Source: an uncultured Fidelibacterota bacterium
GTDB taxonomy: Bacteria > Fidelibacterota > Marinisomatia > Marinisomatales > Marinisomataceae
Assembly: GCA_902538565.1 (NCBI GenBank)
Contig: CACBFQ010000001.1
Location: 424,033-488,032, forward strand
Direction of reading: 5' to 3'
DNA length: 64,000 nt
Shown: in pieces, positions 1-10,985 of the stretch
How the letters are laid out: every line of letters starts with the position of its first letter
Numbering within the stretch: position 1 is the first letter of the stretch
The notes under the pieces: generated by a model
The model's input: the letters and a program-made list of their open reading frames with translations, nothing else
Told to the model about the DNA's origin: nothing
The model's database searches: none
Translations under genes and position numbers: made by a program

Positions 1-1652
1 GTCACAGCTATATACTCATTATAGTTTGTATCAAAGACGGTGTCTACAATTTCTTCTACACCATTAACAACATCATATGTTGCTATTCTTCTTCTATCTC
101 CAGAACCGTCTGCGGTTTCAACTTGGTATACATTATATCCTTCAAAAAGGTAATTAGTTGTGTTACCGTCTAAGTCTGTAAAGAAACTATCCTCATTGTA
201 GTCTTCTGAATTTCCTTGCCATGAGATAACAATCTCATCTGTGAAAGCTGAAGAAGCTACAACAGGAGGTACTGGTGGATTTGGAAGGTCAAAATCGTTA
301 TCATACGCTGACTGAGCAAGTTGGTCAACCTGTGACAAGTATGCAACAGAGGATAGCGCGTCACCACCAGCAGCGTGGAATATACCAAACACCACCTCTT
401 GTGAATCGCCTGCAGCCATAGTAAATGGACCTACACTCATTAAGAATCTTCTATCCGCAGAAGCAGCATAATTACCATCAACTGGATTAGCTGAACTGTG
501 AGTTACTTCAGGGTCTCCATAGAAACAGAATTTTTGGTCATATAAATCACCAGCAATTTCTGTTGGGTATGGACTACCGTCTTTTCTTAGACCTTGCAAA
601 TAATAATAACCCTCAGTTTCATCGGAAGGGTCAGTATATGTTGCATCACCATTAATATAAAATGCGAACGATGACATCTTTAGGTTTTTCTCACCAGGGA
701 AGTATGTTCCAAACATTTTTGCACCCTGAGCTGGACATTCAACTGTATCAGTTGGATCATCACAAGGAACCTTAGGTCCTTGGAAGAAGTCATATCCTGC
801 TGCCGGTGTACCAATGTCTAGGTTATCATACTGTGAGTCTGCTCCGTCATTCCAAACATAACCCATACCTAGTTCAACGTTACAACCTACAAAGTCGTCA
901 CCTGCATATCCTAAGTCTGGATCAGACCATAGACCCATATAAGTGTCTACAAGGTCATCTGTACCTTTATTAATAACTAATTGTTTAACAAATAGCATGT
1001 CACCAATAGCGTCGATTCTGTCATAACCAAACATAGTGGTTTGAATTTCAACACCCATTGGTTCCGTACCAAAGTTAAGTTTATAAGCGATGTCTCCATC
1101 ATTACTTACAAACCATAACACTTGGTCACCTAAAAACTCAGGGTGGTCAGGTCCTGCTGGAAGTGGAGTATAAACTCCGTCACCATCAGCATCTACCCAA
1201 GGTGCACCCCATTCAACTGGCCAATTTTGGAAATCATCATGGCTCGCTGGATCGTCAAGCATGCTTGTATTTACTTTATATATTCTATGAACCGCTGCTA
1301 ATGGATCACCACCATATGGACCTGGGCCCATATCCTGTGTATAATCTCCAACAATCGTTCTAATTTGACCGTTCACAGTTGCTCCCATCCAAAGTGCAGA
1401 TTGGAAGATAGAGTGAACACCAGTTCCTTTAGGCCATTCTAATGCAGAATCACCGGAAATGTGAAAGTCTAAAAATAGACCGTTGTTGGTAACATCGGCG
1501 TAAATACGGTTTCCATCAAATGTCCCACTTGACTCAACGAAGTTAGACCCGCTAAAGTTTGAAACCTTTTTGGTTTCTCTTGCTTCTAATGAAGAAACAA
1601 GTAGCAAGGCCATCACCATCGTAGTAGTGGTAATATTCTTTAAGATTTTCAT
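1..1652 (-). CDS. Secreted protein of unknown function, C-terminus beyond window edge (>550 aa)
   Basis: Absent from the ORF track because there is no stop in the window. My minus-strand translation from ATG 1652..1650 gives MKILKNITTTTMVMALLLVSSLEARETKKVSNFSG... with a signal-peptide-like N-terminus and stays open to base 1. Later segments read ...GLWSDPDLGYAGDDFVGC... and ...DRRFLMSVGPFTMAAGDSQEVVFG... An AGAGG Shine-Dalgarno lies 5 nt upstream. The start is 24 nt downstream of the TonB-dependent receptor stop on the same strand. Confidence 0.6.
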   Translation of the reverse strand, partial: MKILKNITTTTMVMALLLVSSLEARETKKVSNFSGSNFVESSGTFDGNRIYADVTNNGLFLDFHISGDSALEWPKGTGVHSIFQSALWMGATVNGQIRTIVGDYTQDMGPGPYGGDPLAAVHRIYKVNTSMLDDPASHDDFQNWPVEWGAPWVDADGDGVYTPLPAGPDHPEFLGDQVLWFVSNDGDIAYKLNFGTEPMGVEIQTTMFGYDRIDAIGDMLFVKQLVINKGTDDLVDTYMGLWSDPDLGYAGDDFVGCNVELGMGYVWNDGADSQYDNLDIGTPAAGYDFFQGPKVPCDDPTDTVECPAQGAKMFGTYFPGEKNLKMSSFAFYINGDATYTDPSDETEGYYYLQGLRKDGSPYPTEIAGDLYDQKFCFYGDPEVTHSSANPVDGNYAASADRRFLMSVGPFTMAAGDSQEVVFGIFHAAGGDALSSVAYLSQVDQLAQSAYDNDFDLPNPPVPPVVASSAFTDEIVISWQGNSEDYNEDSFFTDLDGNTTNYLFEGYNVYQVETADGSGDRRRIATYDVVNGVEEIVDTVFDTNYNEYIAV

Positions 1653-1676
1653 ATATACCTCTTTACCTTCTTATTA

Positions 1677-4600
1677 TTAAAAACTAATGTTTAAACCAAC
1701 CCTAACTGTACGAGGTCTGTTCCATCTACCAGGAAACGCTAAGTTATCTTGATACATAGCTGCCGCGTCAACGTCAGGGTTTTGTGATAATCTATTGGCA
1801 AGCCATTGCTGCCCACTTTCAGTAGCAACCCAGCCATCTTCGGCTACGTTACCCGTTCCGTTGTAAACAGCATTTACTTGTTCAGAATCTAGTGCATTAA
1901 AGACAGATACATATGCGTTAGCAGTTAAACCACCTAAGCTAATAGCTCTATCAACACGTAGATCTAAGTTTGTATATGCAGGCATCGTACCTGAGTTTAC
2001 TGGTCCTTCTGGGAATTCCCAGCGGTTCTCAAAAACTGTACTATAGATTTGTGATGGGGTAAAGCGCGTACCACTACCAAAGCTCATAACTGCATTAAAC
2101 CCTGTATTAGCTAGAGCGCCTGTAGCATCAGGTGATCTCCAGTCAAGAATTACATTTGCAGTATGTGTTTGGTCATAGTCTAATAGGTTCATCGCTTTAG
2201 GATAACCATCGTCTGTACCAATCCAAGTAATATAGAAGTTTTGTGCTCCATAAGATCCTGTACCTCTAGCTTCTGAGTATGTATAATTTGCTTGTGCATA
2301 CAAACCTCTTGTTCTGCGCATTTCAAAGTTTGTAGTCAAACCTTGAGATACCATAACGTCACCGTTTTGGTATTGTGCCCAGTTTTGCTGAGTGTCAGAA
2401 CCACCAGTGTTAGTGAATGCTTCTGTACGATTTGCAAGCGTTAAATAGTCTTTACTTTCTTTATAGAATCCTTCAACCTTTAATGAAGCAAATGCTCCAA
2501 CACGCTGCTCAATACCAATTTCGTACTGAGTAGATCTTTCAGGTTTTAATGCAGGATTCTCAGATGCTGTAGCATTACCAGCTAAAATGTCAGCTGATAG
2601 CTGTGAATCTGAAAGATATAAATAGGACATAGGTACTGATTGCCAGTGTGTACCGTAGTTCGCACGGAATACTGTACGATCGGATACTGGGAATGAAACA
2701 CCTATTCTTGGGTGGGTAGCGGTCTCTTTTTTAACTTTTTTCCATACATAGTTACCGTTACCGTCACCGTTTCTGTTTACACGTTGTCTGTTAAAGTATA
2801 GATTGTTGAATCCGTCAGAGTCACCATATCCATCATTATCTGAGTCAGGAGCCATAGCACCCGTGTCGATAGTTTCATAAGATACCCCTAATTGAACAAC
2901 AACATCTTTAAACTCAAGCTTGTCTTGAATGTAGAAACGTGATTGTGTTGGTTCTGCTGGTGCTAACATATGATCGTCTTGATTATATTGTCCGCCCCAC
3001 TCATCACCATAAATATTGTAACCAAGATTTGTTACGTACAATGATCTATAGTTAATGAATCTCCAGTCATTAGCTCCATCAACACCTGCATAGTCAATAA
3101 TTTCTTGTTCTGATGCAAGTCCGTCAAAATCTGTATCTACCTGAGCAATTGCTCTTGCAACTCCAGATGCGCCTAAGCCGTATCTTGTGATTTCATGATT
3201 GTCTATAGAAGCACCAAGTTTTAACTCATTATAACCGATTTGGTTTGTGTAGTCAAAACTGATAGTATTTGTAGTAGTTTTTCTTGTATCAAAAGAAGTA
3301 TACTGAGAACCATAGCCAGCTACACCAAAGAATTCATCTGGTGCTACAGGGTTAAATCCTGTTCTATCTCTTTTGTAATAATTTGCAGATCCCCAAGCTT
3401 TGGTTCTTCTACCATATGCTTCAATATCATTTAAATAGTTTTCATTACCACTTGTTGTTTCATATGTCTGTTGAGACAATGAAGCTTTAACATATGATAA
3501 TGGACTAATAGTATATCTAGCATTTAAATATCCCATGGTAAAGTCTGCTTCATTAACAAATGAACCATCTGTTCCACCGTAAACTCTGCTCCAGCTGTAG
3601 CTATTTCCTTCATAGTCATAAGCTTGAGTACCAAGTTTTAAACGTAGTGGACCAAAATCCATGGTCATATTACCGTTTATAGTAATTCTTTCGTTTGCAT
3701 CTTGTGGCTGTTGCCCATACATACGTCTATAATTACTGTAAACAACATAAGTTGTGTCATTAGCAACAAAAAGCGGGTCAGCTAAAAGCTGTTCTCTAGT
3801 TGCATTATTTCTAATAACTGTTTCAATATGATGAATTTTATTACCGTTTTCATCGGTTCCGTATACTAAACCATCTGAACCATCGCTGTAATAGTCAGCT
3901 GGTGGAGCATCTTGCATAGGCATTGCATCCATCATTGGGAAATAACTATAAGAAACATCCCCGCCTTTTTCTCTGCTCTCTACGGATAAATATACTTTAA
4001 TGTTTTCGCTTATTGGACCACCAAAGTCAAAGTTGACATTTTGATATCCATCTGTGTATAGCTTGTCAGGGTCTGTGCCTGCATCTGCACCTAAAGAGGT
4101 TTCAACACCTACTCTAGAAGACCAGTCAGATCCACCTGTTTTTGTAGTAATATTTACAATACCACCATTAGCACCACCATACTCAGCTGAGAAACCACCA
4201 GTTTGTACTGAAATTTCTTGTAAAGCTGCTTGTGAGTTACCGTTTAAAAGGTTTCCGCCACCATAAACATCTTTGACTGGAACACCGTCTACATAGTAAC
4301 GACTGTCTCCGCTTCTACTTCCGCGGAAAAATCCATTAACAACACCTGTCTGAAGGTTTACAATATTGCTTACCCCTCTAACAGCAAAAGCGTCGATTAA
4401 CTCTTTGTCAACGACACGAGTTGTGTTTGTTGCGTTTGGATTAATTAATGGTCTTTCTCTAGTTACTGTAACTGCTTGACCTGCTACAGCTGCAACATCA
4501 AGGTTAAAATCAACAGTTGTTGTAAAACCAACTGATGTTCTAACACCTGATTCAATTACAGTGGTATAACCAATGTATTCAGCTCTAAGGTCATAAGAAC

Positions 4601-4802
4601 CTACAGGAACGTCAAGAATATAATATCTACCTAGTTCATCGGTAGCTGCACCAAGGTTTGATCCTTCAACCACAACATTCGCACCTACTAATGGGTTTCC
4701 ATCAGCATCAGCTACAACTCCTGCTAGCTTAGCAGTTGTTGATTGTGCAAACATCATTGTTGGTAGGAGAACTAGTGCAATTAACATACGTAGTTTTCTC
4801 AT
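1677..4802 (-). CDS. TonB-dependent outer-membrane receptor with N-terminal carboxypeptidase-regulatory-like domain
   Basis: 1060-aa ORF. I prefer the internal ATG at 4802 (MRKLRMLIALVLLPTMMFAQS signal peptide), which is preceded by GGAGG 7 nt upstream. The CarboxypepD_reg-like segment is GVVADADGNPLVGANVVVEG...GRYYILDVPVGSYDLRAEYIGY. Plug and beta-barrel regions follow, and the protein ends in a terminal aromatic (..VGLNISF). Confidence 0.9.
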   Translation of the reverse strand: MRKLRMLIALVLLPTMMFAQSTTAKLAGVVADADGNPLVGANVVVEGSNLGAATDELGRYYILDVPVGSYDLRAEYIGYTTVIESGVRTSVGFTTTVDFNLDVAAVAGQAVTVTRERPLINPNATNTTRVVDKELIDAFAVRGVSNIVNLQTGVVNGFFRGSRSGDSRYYVDGVPVKDVYGGGNLLNGNSQAALQEISVQTGGFSAEYGGANGGIVNITTKTGGSDWSSRVGVETSLGADAGTDPDKLYTDGYQNVNFDFGGPISENIKVYLSVESREKGGDVSYSYFPMMDAMPMQDAPPADYYSDGSDGLVYGTDENGNKIHHIETVIRNNATREQLLADPLFVANDTTYVVYSNYRRMYGQQPQDANERITINGNMTMDFGPLRLKLGTQAYDYEGNSYSWSRVYGGTDGSFVNEADFTMGYLNARYTISPLSYVKASLSQQTYETTSGNENYLNDIEAYGRRTKAWGSANYYKRDRTGFNPVAPDEFFGVAGYGSQYTSFDTRKTTTNTISFDYTNQIGYNELKLGASIDNHEITRYGLGASGVARAIAQVDTDFDGLASEQEIIDYAGVDGANDWRFINYRSLYVTNLGYNIYGDEWGGQYNQDDHMLAPAEPTQSRFYIQDKLEFKDVVVQLGVSYETIDTGAMAPDSDNDGYGDSDGFNNLYFNRQRVNRNGDGNGNYVWKKVKKETATHPRIGVSFPVSDRTVFRANYGTHWQSVPMSYLYLSDSQLSADILAGNATASENPALKPERSTQYEIGIEQRVGAFASLKVEGFYKESKDYLTLANRTEAFTNTGGSDTQQNWAQYQNGDVMVSQGLTTNFEMRRTRGLYAQANYTYSEARGTGSYGAQNFYITWIGTDDGYPKAMNLLDYDQTHTANVILDWRSPDATGALANTGFNAVMSFGSGTRFTPSQIYSTVFENRWEFPEGPVNSGTMPAYTNLDLRVDRAISLGGLTANAYVSVFNALDSEQVNAVYNGTGNVAEDGWVATESGQQWLANRLSQNPDVDAAAMYQDNLAFPGRWNRPRTVRVGLNISF

Positions 4803-5049
4803 TATTCTACCTCCAAATGAGTATTTATATACAAATTTTTGTTTATTGTTTTTTGTCATTTTTTTTTCTTACCCTATTATATATATGTATAAAAGCTCAC
4901 AATATATACACAGCCTCCAAAGGGTTCTTGCCCTTTCAGAAGCTAATTTCACTTAAATTGATGATTGTTTCCGTAGATGTCAATACATTTTTTGTACTTT
5001 TTTTTTAGTTCTCGTCAAGAAAAAATAGTTTTGTCGACGGAGAGAGGTG

Positions 5050-6291
5050 TTAAGGGTGTATATTATAAATTACTTGATTGTTATAAGTGTCGTTATTCTT
5101 GATGTTGAACGGCTGGCCTTTTAAAGAATAATTAAAAAAATCCAATACAGTTTTATCCATAACTTGATCTACTATTTTTTTGTCAACCTCTCCAAGACTG
5201 TCTAGAGGTAAAGCAAGCGGTGCATTTTGATTATATATTAATTTCATATCTGTATATGAGTAGTGTAAGCTGTTTTTGATATATACTCCATAGCTTTCTT
5301 TATTGGTCGCTAAAATTGTATTATAAATATCAAAATTTATTTTTCCATCTTTTGAAAAGTTGATGTCTCCTTCAATGTCTTTATCAAGAAACTGTTCTTG
5401 TCCTATGTGTAAAAATGGTTTTTTTGTATTTGTTTGTGCGTCTTCATTTAGCAGTCCAAAAAACCAACCATCAAGAGCAACTCCTGCTTTGACTTCGTTA
5501 TTTTTAAGCATTGCAATGTAGGTTGTTCCGCCTCCCATTGAATGTCCCATTGCTCCCACGTTTTCAAAATCGATATTGTTTTTAAATGGATTTACAGAGC
5601 CGTCATTTAGGTTGTTTTGTTTTAACGTTTGTAATAAAAAAGCTAAATCTTGATACCTATAATTAATAAGATGGTTGGTATAATATTTTTTATGGTATTG
5701 CGCTTGTTCGTTCCAGCTTACGTTTTGTTTATATGGAATGGGGTTGCCATCTTTATCAAACGTAATACTTGCATTATAAGTGTGGTTACAGGCAATTACT
5801 ATATATCCGTTACTTACTAGCTCTTCAACCTGAGATGTGTTTTGGGTTAAAAGCCCTCCGTCTCCATGTGAAAAAAGGATTAACGGGAATTTTTCATTTT
5901 GAATTGGAGAAAGCCCAAAAACGCTGTTTGAAACTAGTTGGGTTCCGTGGCTTCCAAAGCTTGTGGGCAACCCGGCAGTTTTCGCAATGCTAGAAATTGA
6001 TTTTTTTGGAAAAGTAATGTGCGGTGCCCTTTGATAATTTTTTCCTCCTTCTGCAGGATACCATATTTGAACCATCAGCTCTCTGTAATCTGTGGGGTCA
6101 GTGGTATACACTTCACTTCTAGAGCTATCTGTCCAAAAGTATACCTGTGTTCCAATATTATATTTTCCACTTGGTGAATCAATAGACTCAAGAGGGATTA
6201 GCACGGATCCGACTACAGCACACCCTTGTAGGGTCGCACAGACAAAAAAAATGAATATTTTTAAAGTATTCTTTTGGTATAAAAAACTCAC
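5050..6291 (-). CDS. Lipoprotein alpha/beta hydrolase, PAF-acetylhydrolase (Lp-PLA2)-like lipase family
   Basis: Lipobox ATLQGC near the N-terminus. FPLILFSHGDGG...NGYIVIACNH and the GHSMGG nucleophile elbow match the family. ALDGWFF and SLHYSYTD sit at the positions of the Asp and His of the PAF-AH triad. Confidence 0.7.
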   Translation of the reverse strand: MSFLYQKNTLKIFIFFVCATLQGCAVVGSVLIPLESIDSPSGKYNIGTQVYFWTDSSRSEVYTTDPTDYRELMVQIWYPAEGGKNYQRAPHITFPKKSISSIAKTAGLPTSFGSHGTQLVSNSVFGLSPIQNEKFPLILFSHGDGGLLTQNTSQVEELVSNGYIVIACNHTYNASITFDKDGNPIPYKQNVSWNEQAQYHKKYYTNHLINYRYQDLAFLLQTLKQNNLNDGSVNPFKNNIDFENVGAMGHSMGGGTTYIAMLKNNEVKAGVALDGWFFGLLNEDAQTNTKKPFLHIGQEQFLDKDIEGDINFSKDGKINFDIYNTILATNKESYGVYIKNSLHYSYTDMKLIYNQNAPLALPLDSLGEVDKKIVDQVMDKTVLDFFNYSLKGQPFNIKNNDTYNNQVIYNIHP

Positions 6292-6298
6292 ACCATAA

Positions 6299-7611
<1,313 letters not shown>

Positions 7612-7612
<1 letters not shown>

Positions 7613-9942
7613 TGCTAGATAAACTTGCTAGTTGGGACACGATCGATTTTTCTTCTAGCTCGGATGCAGAAATCACAAAAATGCTTAAAGAGTTAAATAT
7701 TCCGCTAAGCGTTGACGAGGTAAAAAAAATTCAATTTTCGTTTCTTGATAGGCCGGCCACCTTAACAGAGCTTGTTCTATTTTCTATACAAGGATCAGAA
7801 CACAGTTCATATAAAAGCAGCAAAAATCATATAAAACACTTTTTAACAGATGGCGAACATGTAATCTTGGGGGCTAAAGATGATGCGGGTGTCGTTTCAT
7901 TGTCTGTAGATGGCAATGGGAATAGGTACGGTCTTGTTGTAAGTCATGAATCGCACAATCACCCTAGCCAAATTGTGCCTTATGAGGGTGCTGCCACTGG
8001 AGTTGGGGGAAATGTAAGAGATGTTTGCTGTATGGGAGCAGAGGTGATGTCTTTGGGTGATAGTTTAAGGTTTGGAGATATCGATAGAAATAAAACAAAA
8101 TGGATTAGCGATGGCGTTGTATCTGGTATCGCGGGTTATGGTAATCCGCTTGGTATACCAAATATTTGTGGTGACCTGTATTTTGACAAAGAATACAATG
8201 AAAATTGTTTGGTTACTGTATTAACAGCCGGTGTAGTTAAAGAAAAGAATGTAATCAGGTCAAAAGCTCCTAAAAATTCTGTTAACTTTGATTTAATATT
8301 GGTTGGAAAACCAACAGATAATAGCGGGTTTGGGGGAGCAAGTTTTGCCTCACTAGAGCTTGAAGAAGAAAAAGAGCAGCAAAACAAGGGGGCTGTCCAG
8401 GAACCAAACGCATTTCTTGAAAGGCATATTCTAAAATCTACTTATGCTCTTTTTGACTTTTTAGAAGAAAACAATTTAATAAATAGGGTCGGTTTTAAGG
8501 ATTTGGGCGCTGGTGGTGTTGCTTGTGCAAGCATTGAATTGGCGGATGCTGCTGGGCTTGGCGCTGAAGTTTGGGTGAATAAAATTCATACCAGTATGCC
8601 GGAGCTTGACGGCCATATTATCCTTTGTTCAGAAACACAGGAACGCTTTATGTGGGCCTGTCCAAAAGATTTAACACAAACCATTTTAGACCATTATAAC
8701 AAGGTGTTTGATTTTCCAAATGTTTCAGTTGGTGCAATGGCAAGCGTTGTAGGAAAAATTATAAATGAAAGACATTATACTGTTTTTTATAAAGATAAAA
8801 AACTTGTCGATGGGCCAATAGAAAAAATAAACGAGGGCTTTGTTTATAATCGCCCAATGTCTGAAAAGAAAACCCAACTAGAAAACAATCCTCTGCCAGA
8901 AAAAATTGACTATAACGATTTAATGTTAAAAATTTTATCTCACGAAAATGTGGCTTCGCGCGCGCCTGTTTATGAGTCTTATGATAAAAATGTTCAAGGA
9001 AGAGTTGTTAATGAAAGAGGAAAAACAAACGCTGGTGTAATTGCTCCTTTTGACTCAAAAAAATTTCCAAAAGAAATTAAAGATGATTGTTTTTCTGCTG
9101 CCCTCGCTCACAATCCTTCAATTGGTAAAATTGACCCTTACATTGTTGCACAACACGCCGTTATAGAGGCTTGTGCGAAAACTGTTTCTGTTGGCGCTTC
9201 CCCTCTTGCAATTACTGACTGTTTGTGTTTTGGAAATCCTGAAAAACCTGAACAAATGTGGCAATTTTCGCAAAGCTGTATTGCCATTAGGGAGGCTTGT
9301 AGCCTTTTACATTTTAATGGAACAGACAATCTGCCGATAGTAGCAGGAAACGTAAGCTTTTATAATCAGAGTGGGGATCAATCTATTCCAGCAAGCCCAA
9401 TGATAGGCTGTTTTGGAAAGGTTTCCAAAGAACGGGTTTTAATGAACGGATTTAGATCTAGTGATGCAAATATATATTTGGTAGGAGAAACTCCTGCATT
9501 TATTGGTGGAAGTATTGTTGTTGATGTTTTAAATATAAAGAACACAAAGGTTAAAAAAATCGACGTACAAAAATATAACAATATGTTAAACTGTGTTTTA
9601 AAAGCTAATTTAGAAGGTCTTGTAAGCTCTAGTAGTTATGTTGGCCTTGGCGGTCTGGCAACATGCCTTTTTAAAATGAGCTTTGTAAACAATATTGGGT
9701 GTTCTATTGACAAATATATAGACAAAAACTTATTATTTAGCGAGAACTTTGCATTTATTGTTGAGGTTTCGCAAGAAAGCTCTTCTGCCTTTGAAAAGGT
9801 ATTAAATAAAAGCAAGTGTGCCTATAAACAAATTGGTAAAACTAATGAATCCAATAAGATTGTTGTAAAAAATTTCATAGACTTGGATGTGGTTCAAACA
9901 AAAAAAACGTGGCAAAATGCTCTTAGAGAAAAACTTCAATAA
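7612..9942 (+). CDS. purL: Phosphoribosylformylglycinamidine synthase subunit PurL (small type)
   Basis: 776 aa. ESHNHPS and duplicated AIRS-type domains typical of small PurL. TAATG stop/start overlap with purA. Confidence 0.95.
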
Positions 9943-10985
9943 TGAATAAAAAAATTACCTATAAAGATGCCGGTGTTGATATAAAGAAAGCTGATGAAGC
10001 GATTGAAATGTCAAAGAAGGAGATTAGCAGCACTTTTAGTAAACATGTTTTGTCTACGATTGGAGGTTTTGGTTCCATGTATTCGCTGAAAGATATATTC
10101 AATAATTATCGTGATCCAGTTCTGGTTCAAAGCATTGATGGTGTTGGAACCAAAATGTCTGTTGCTATGGCGGCAAACAACTTTCAGTTTATTGGTCATG
10201 ACCTAGTAAATGCGTGTTGTAATGATGTTGCGTCTACCGGAGCTGTGCCTTTGACTTTTTTAGATTATGTGGCAGGTAGTGATCTTGATAAAAGCATTAT
10301 TTCAGAAATAATAAAAAGTGTTGCACAAGAGTGCAAGGAACATGGTGTTTCTTTGGTTGGTGGCGAAACTGCTGAAATGCCTGGGACCTATCACAAAAAT
10401 GAGTATGATTTAGTTGGGGTGGCTACTGGCATTATTGAAAAAAATAACATTATTGATGGAACAAGCGTACAGGCAGGAGATGTGGCAGTTGGAGTTTTTT
10501 CAAACGGCCTTCATACCAACGGCTACTCTTTGGCTAGAAAGCTTATTTTTGATACGCTAGGGCTTTCAACGTCTGACACCCTGCCGGGGCACAACATAAC
10601 AGTAGGAGACTGCTTGTTGGCTCCACACACTAACTATAGCTCTTTAATCGGGCAAATTCTTAATAAGGGAATTAATATTAAAAGTATTTCTCATATTACA
10701 GGCGGTGGCTTGGTTGATAATGTTCCTCGCGTTATTCCTAAAGATGTTTCTTTGGAGGTCGATATTAACTCTTGGAATAAAATACCAATATTTGATTTCT
10801 TAAAAAATAACCTAGATATTGAAACAAAAGACTTATATCAAACTTTTAATATGGGGGTTGGCCTTGTGTTCATTGTAGAACAATCGGAAAAAGACAGGTT
10901 AATTTCGTTAATAGGTAAAGATAGTTGTAGTAAAATTGGTGTTGTTGTTAACGACAGTGTTAATGCGGTGCATCTTTATGGCTAA
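9942..10985 (+). CDS. purM: Phosphoribosylformylglycinamidine cyclo-ligase (AIR synthetase)
   Basis: 347 aa. YKDAGVDI N-terminus, DGVGTK, GGETAEMPG motifs. TAATG overlap with purL. Confidence 0.95.
   Translation: MNKKITYKDAGVDIKKADEAIEMSKKEISSTFSKHVLSTIGGFGSMYSLKDIFNNYRDPVLVQSIDGVGTKMSVAMAANNFQFIGHDLVNACCNDVASTGAVPLTFLDYVAGSDLDKSIISEIIKSVAQECKEHGVSLVGGETAEMPGTYHKNEYDLVGVATGIIEKNNIIDGTSVQAGDVAVGVFSNGLHTNGYSLARKLIFDTLGLSTSDTLPGHNITVGDCLLAPHTNYSSLIGQILNKGINIKSISHITGGGLVDNVPRVIPKDVSLEVDINSWNKIPIFDFLKNNLDIETKDLYQTFNMGVGLVFIVEQSEKDRLISLIGKDSCSKIGVVVNDSVNAVHLYG

Noticed and set aside
4919-4936. Hairpin AAAGGG-ttcttg-CCCTTT between the hydrolase gene and the TonB-dependent receptor, considered as a terminator
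   Set aside because: The stem is only 6 bp with three G:C pairs, and no U-tract follows on the transcribed (minus) strand. The evidence is too weak to call.
10936-10977. Longer N-terminal extensions offered by the ORF track: purQ from 10936, sdhA from 51555, saccharopine-DH-like from 47047, yggS from 36023, and the TonB-dependent receptor from 4859
   Set aside because: In each case an internal ATG gives the canonical family N-terminus. It also gives a short stop/start overlap or a good Shine-Dalgarno. The extension would lie deep inside the upstream gene.
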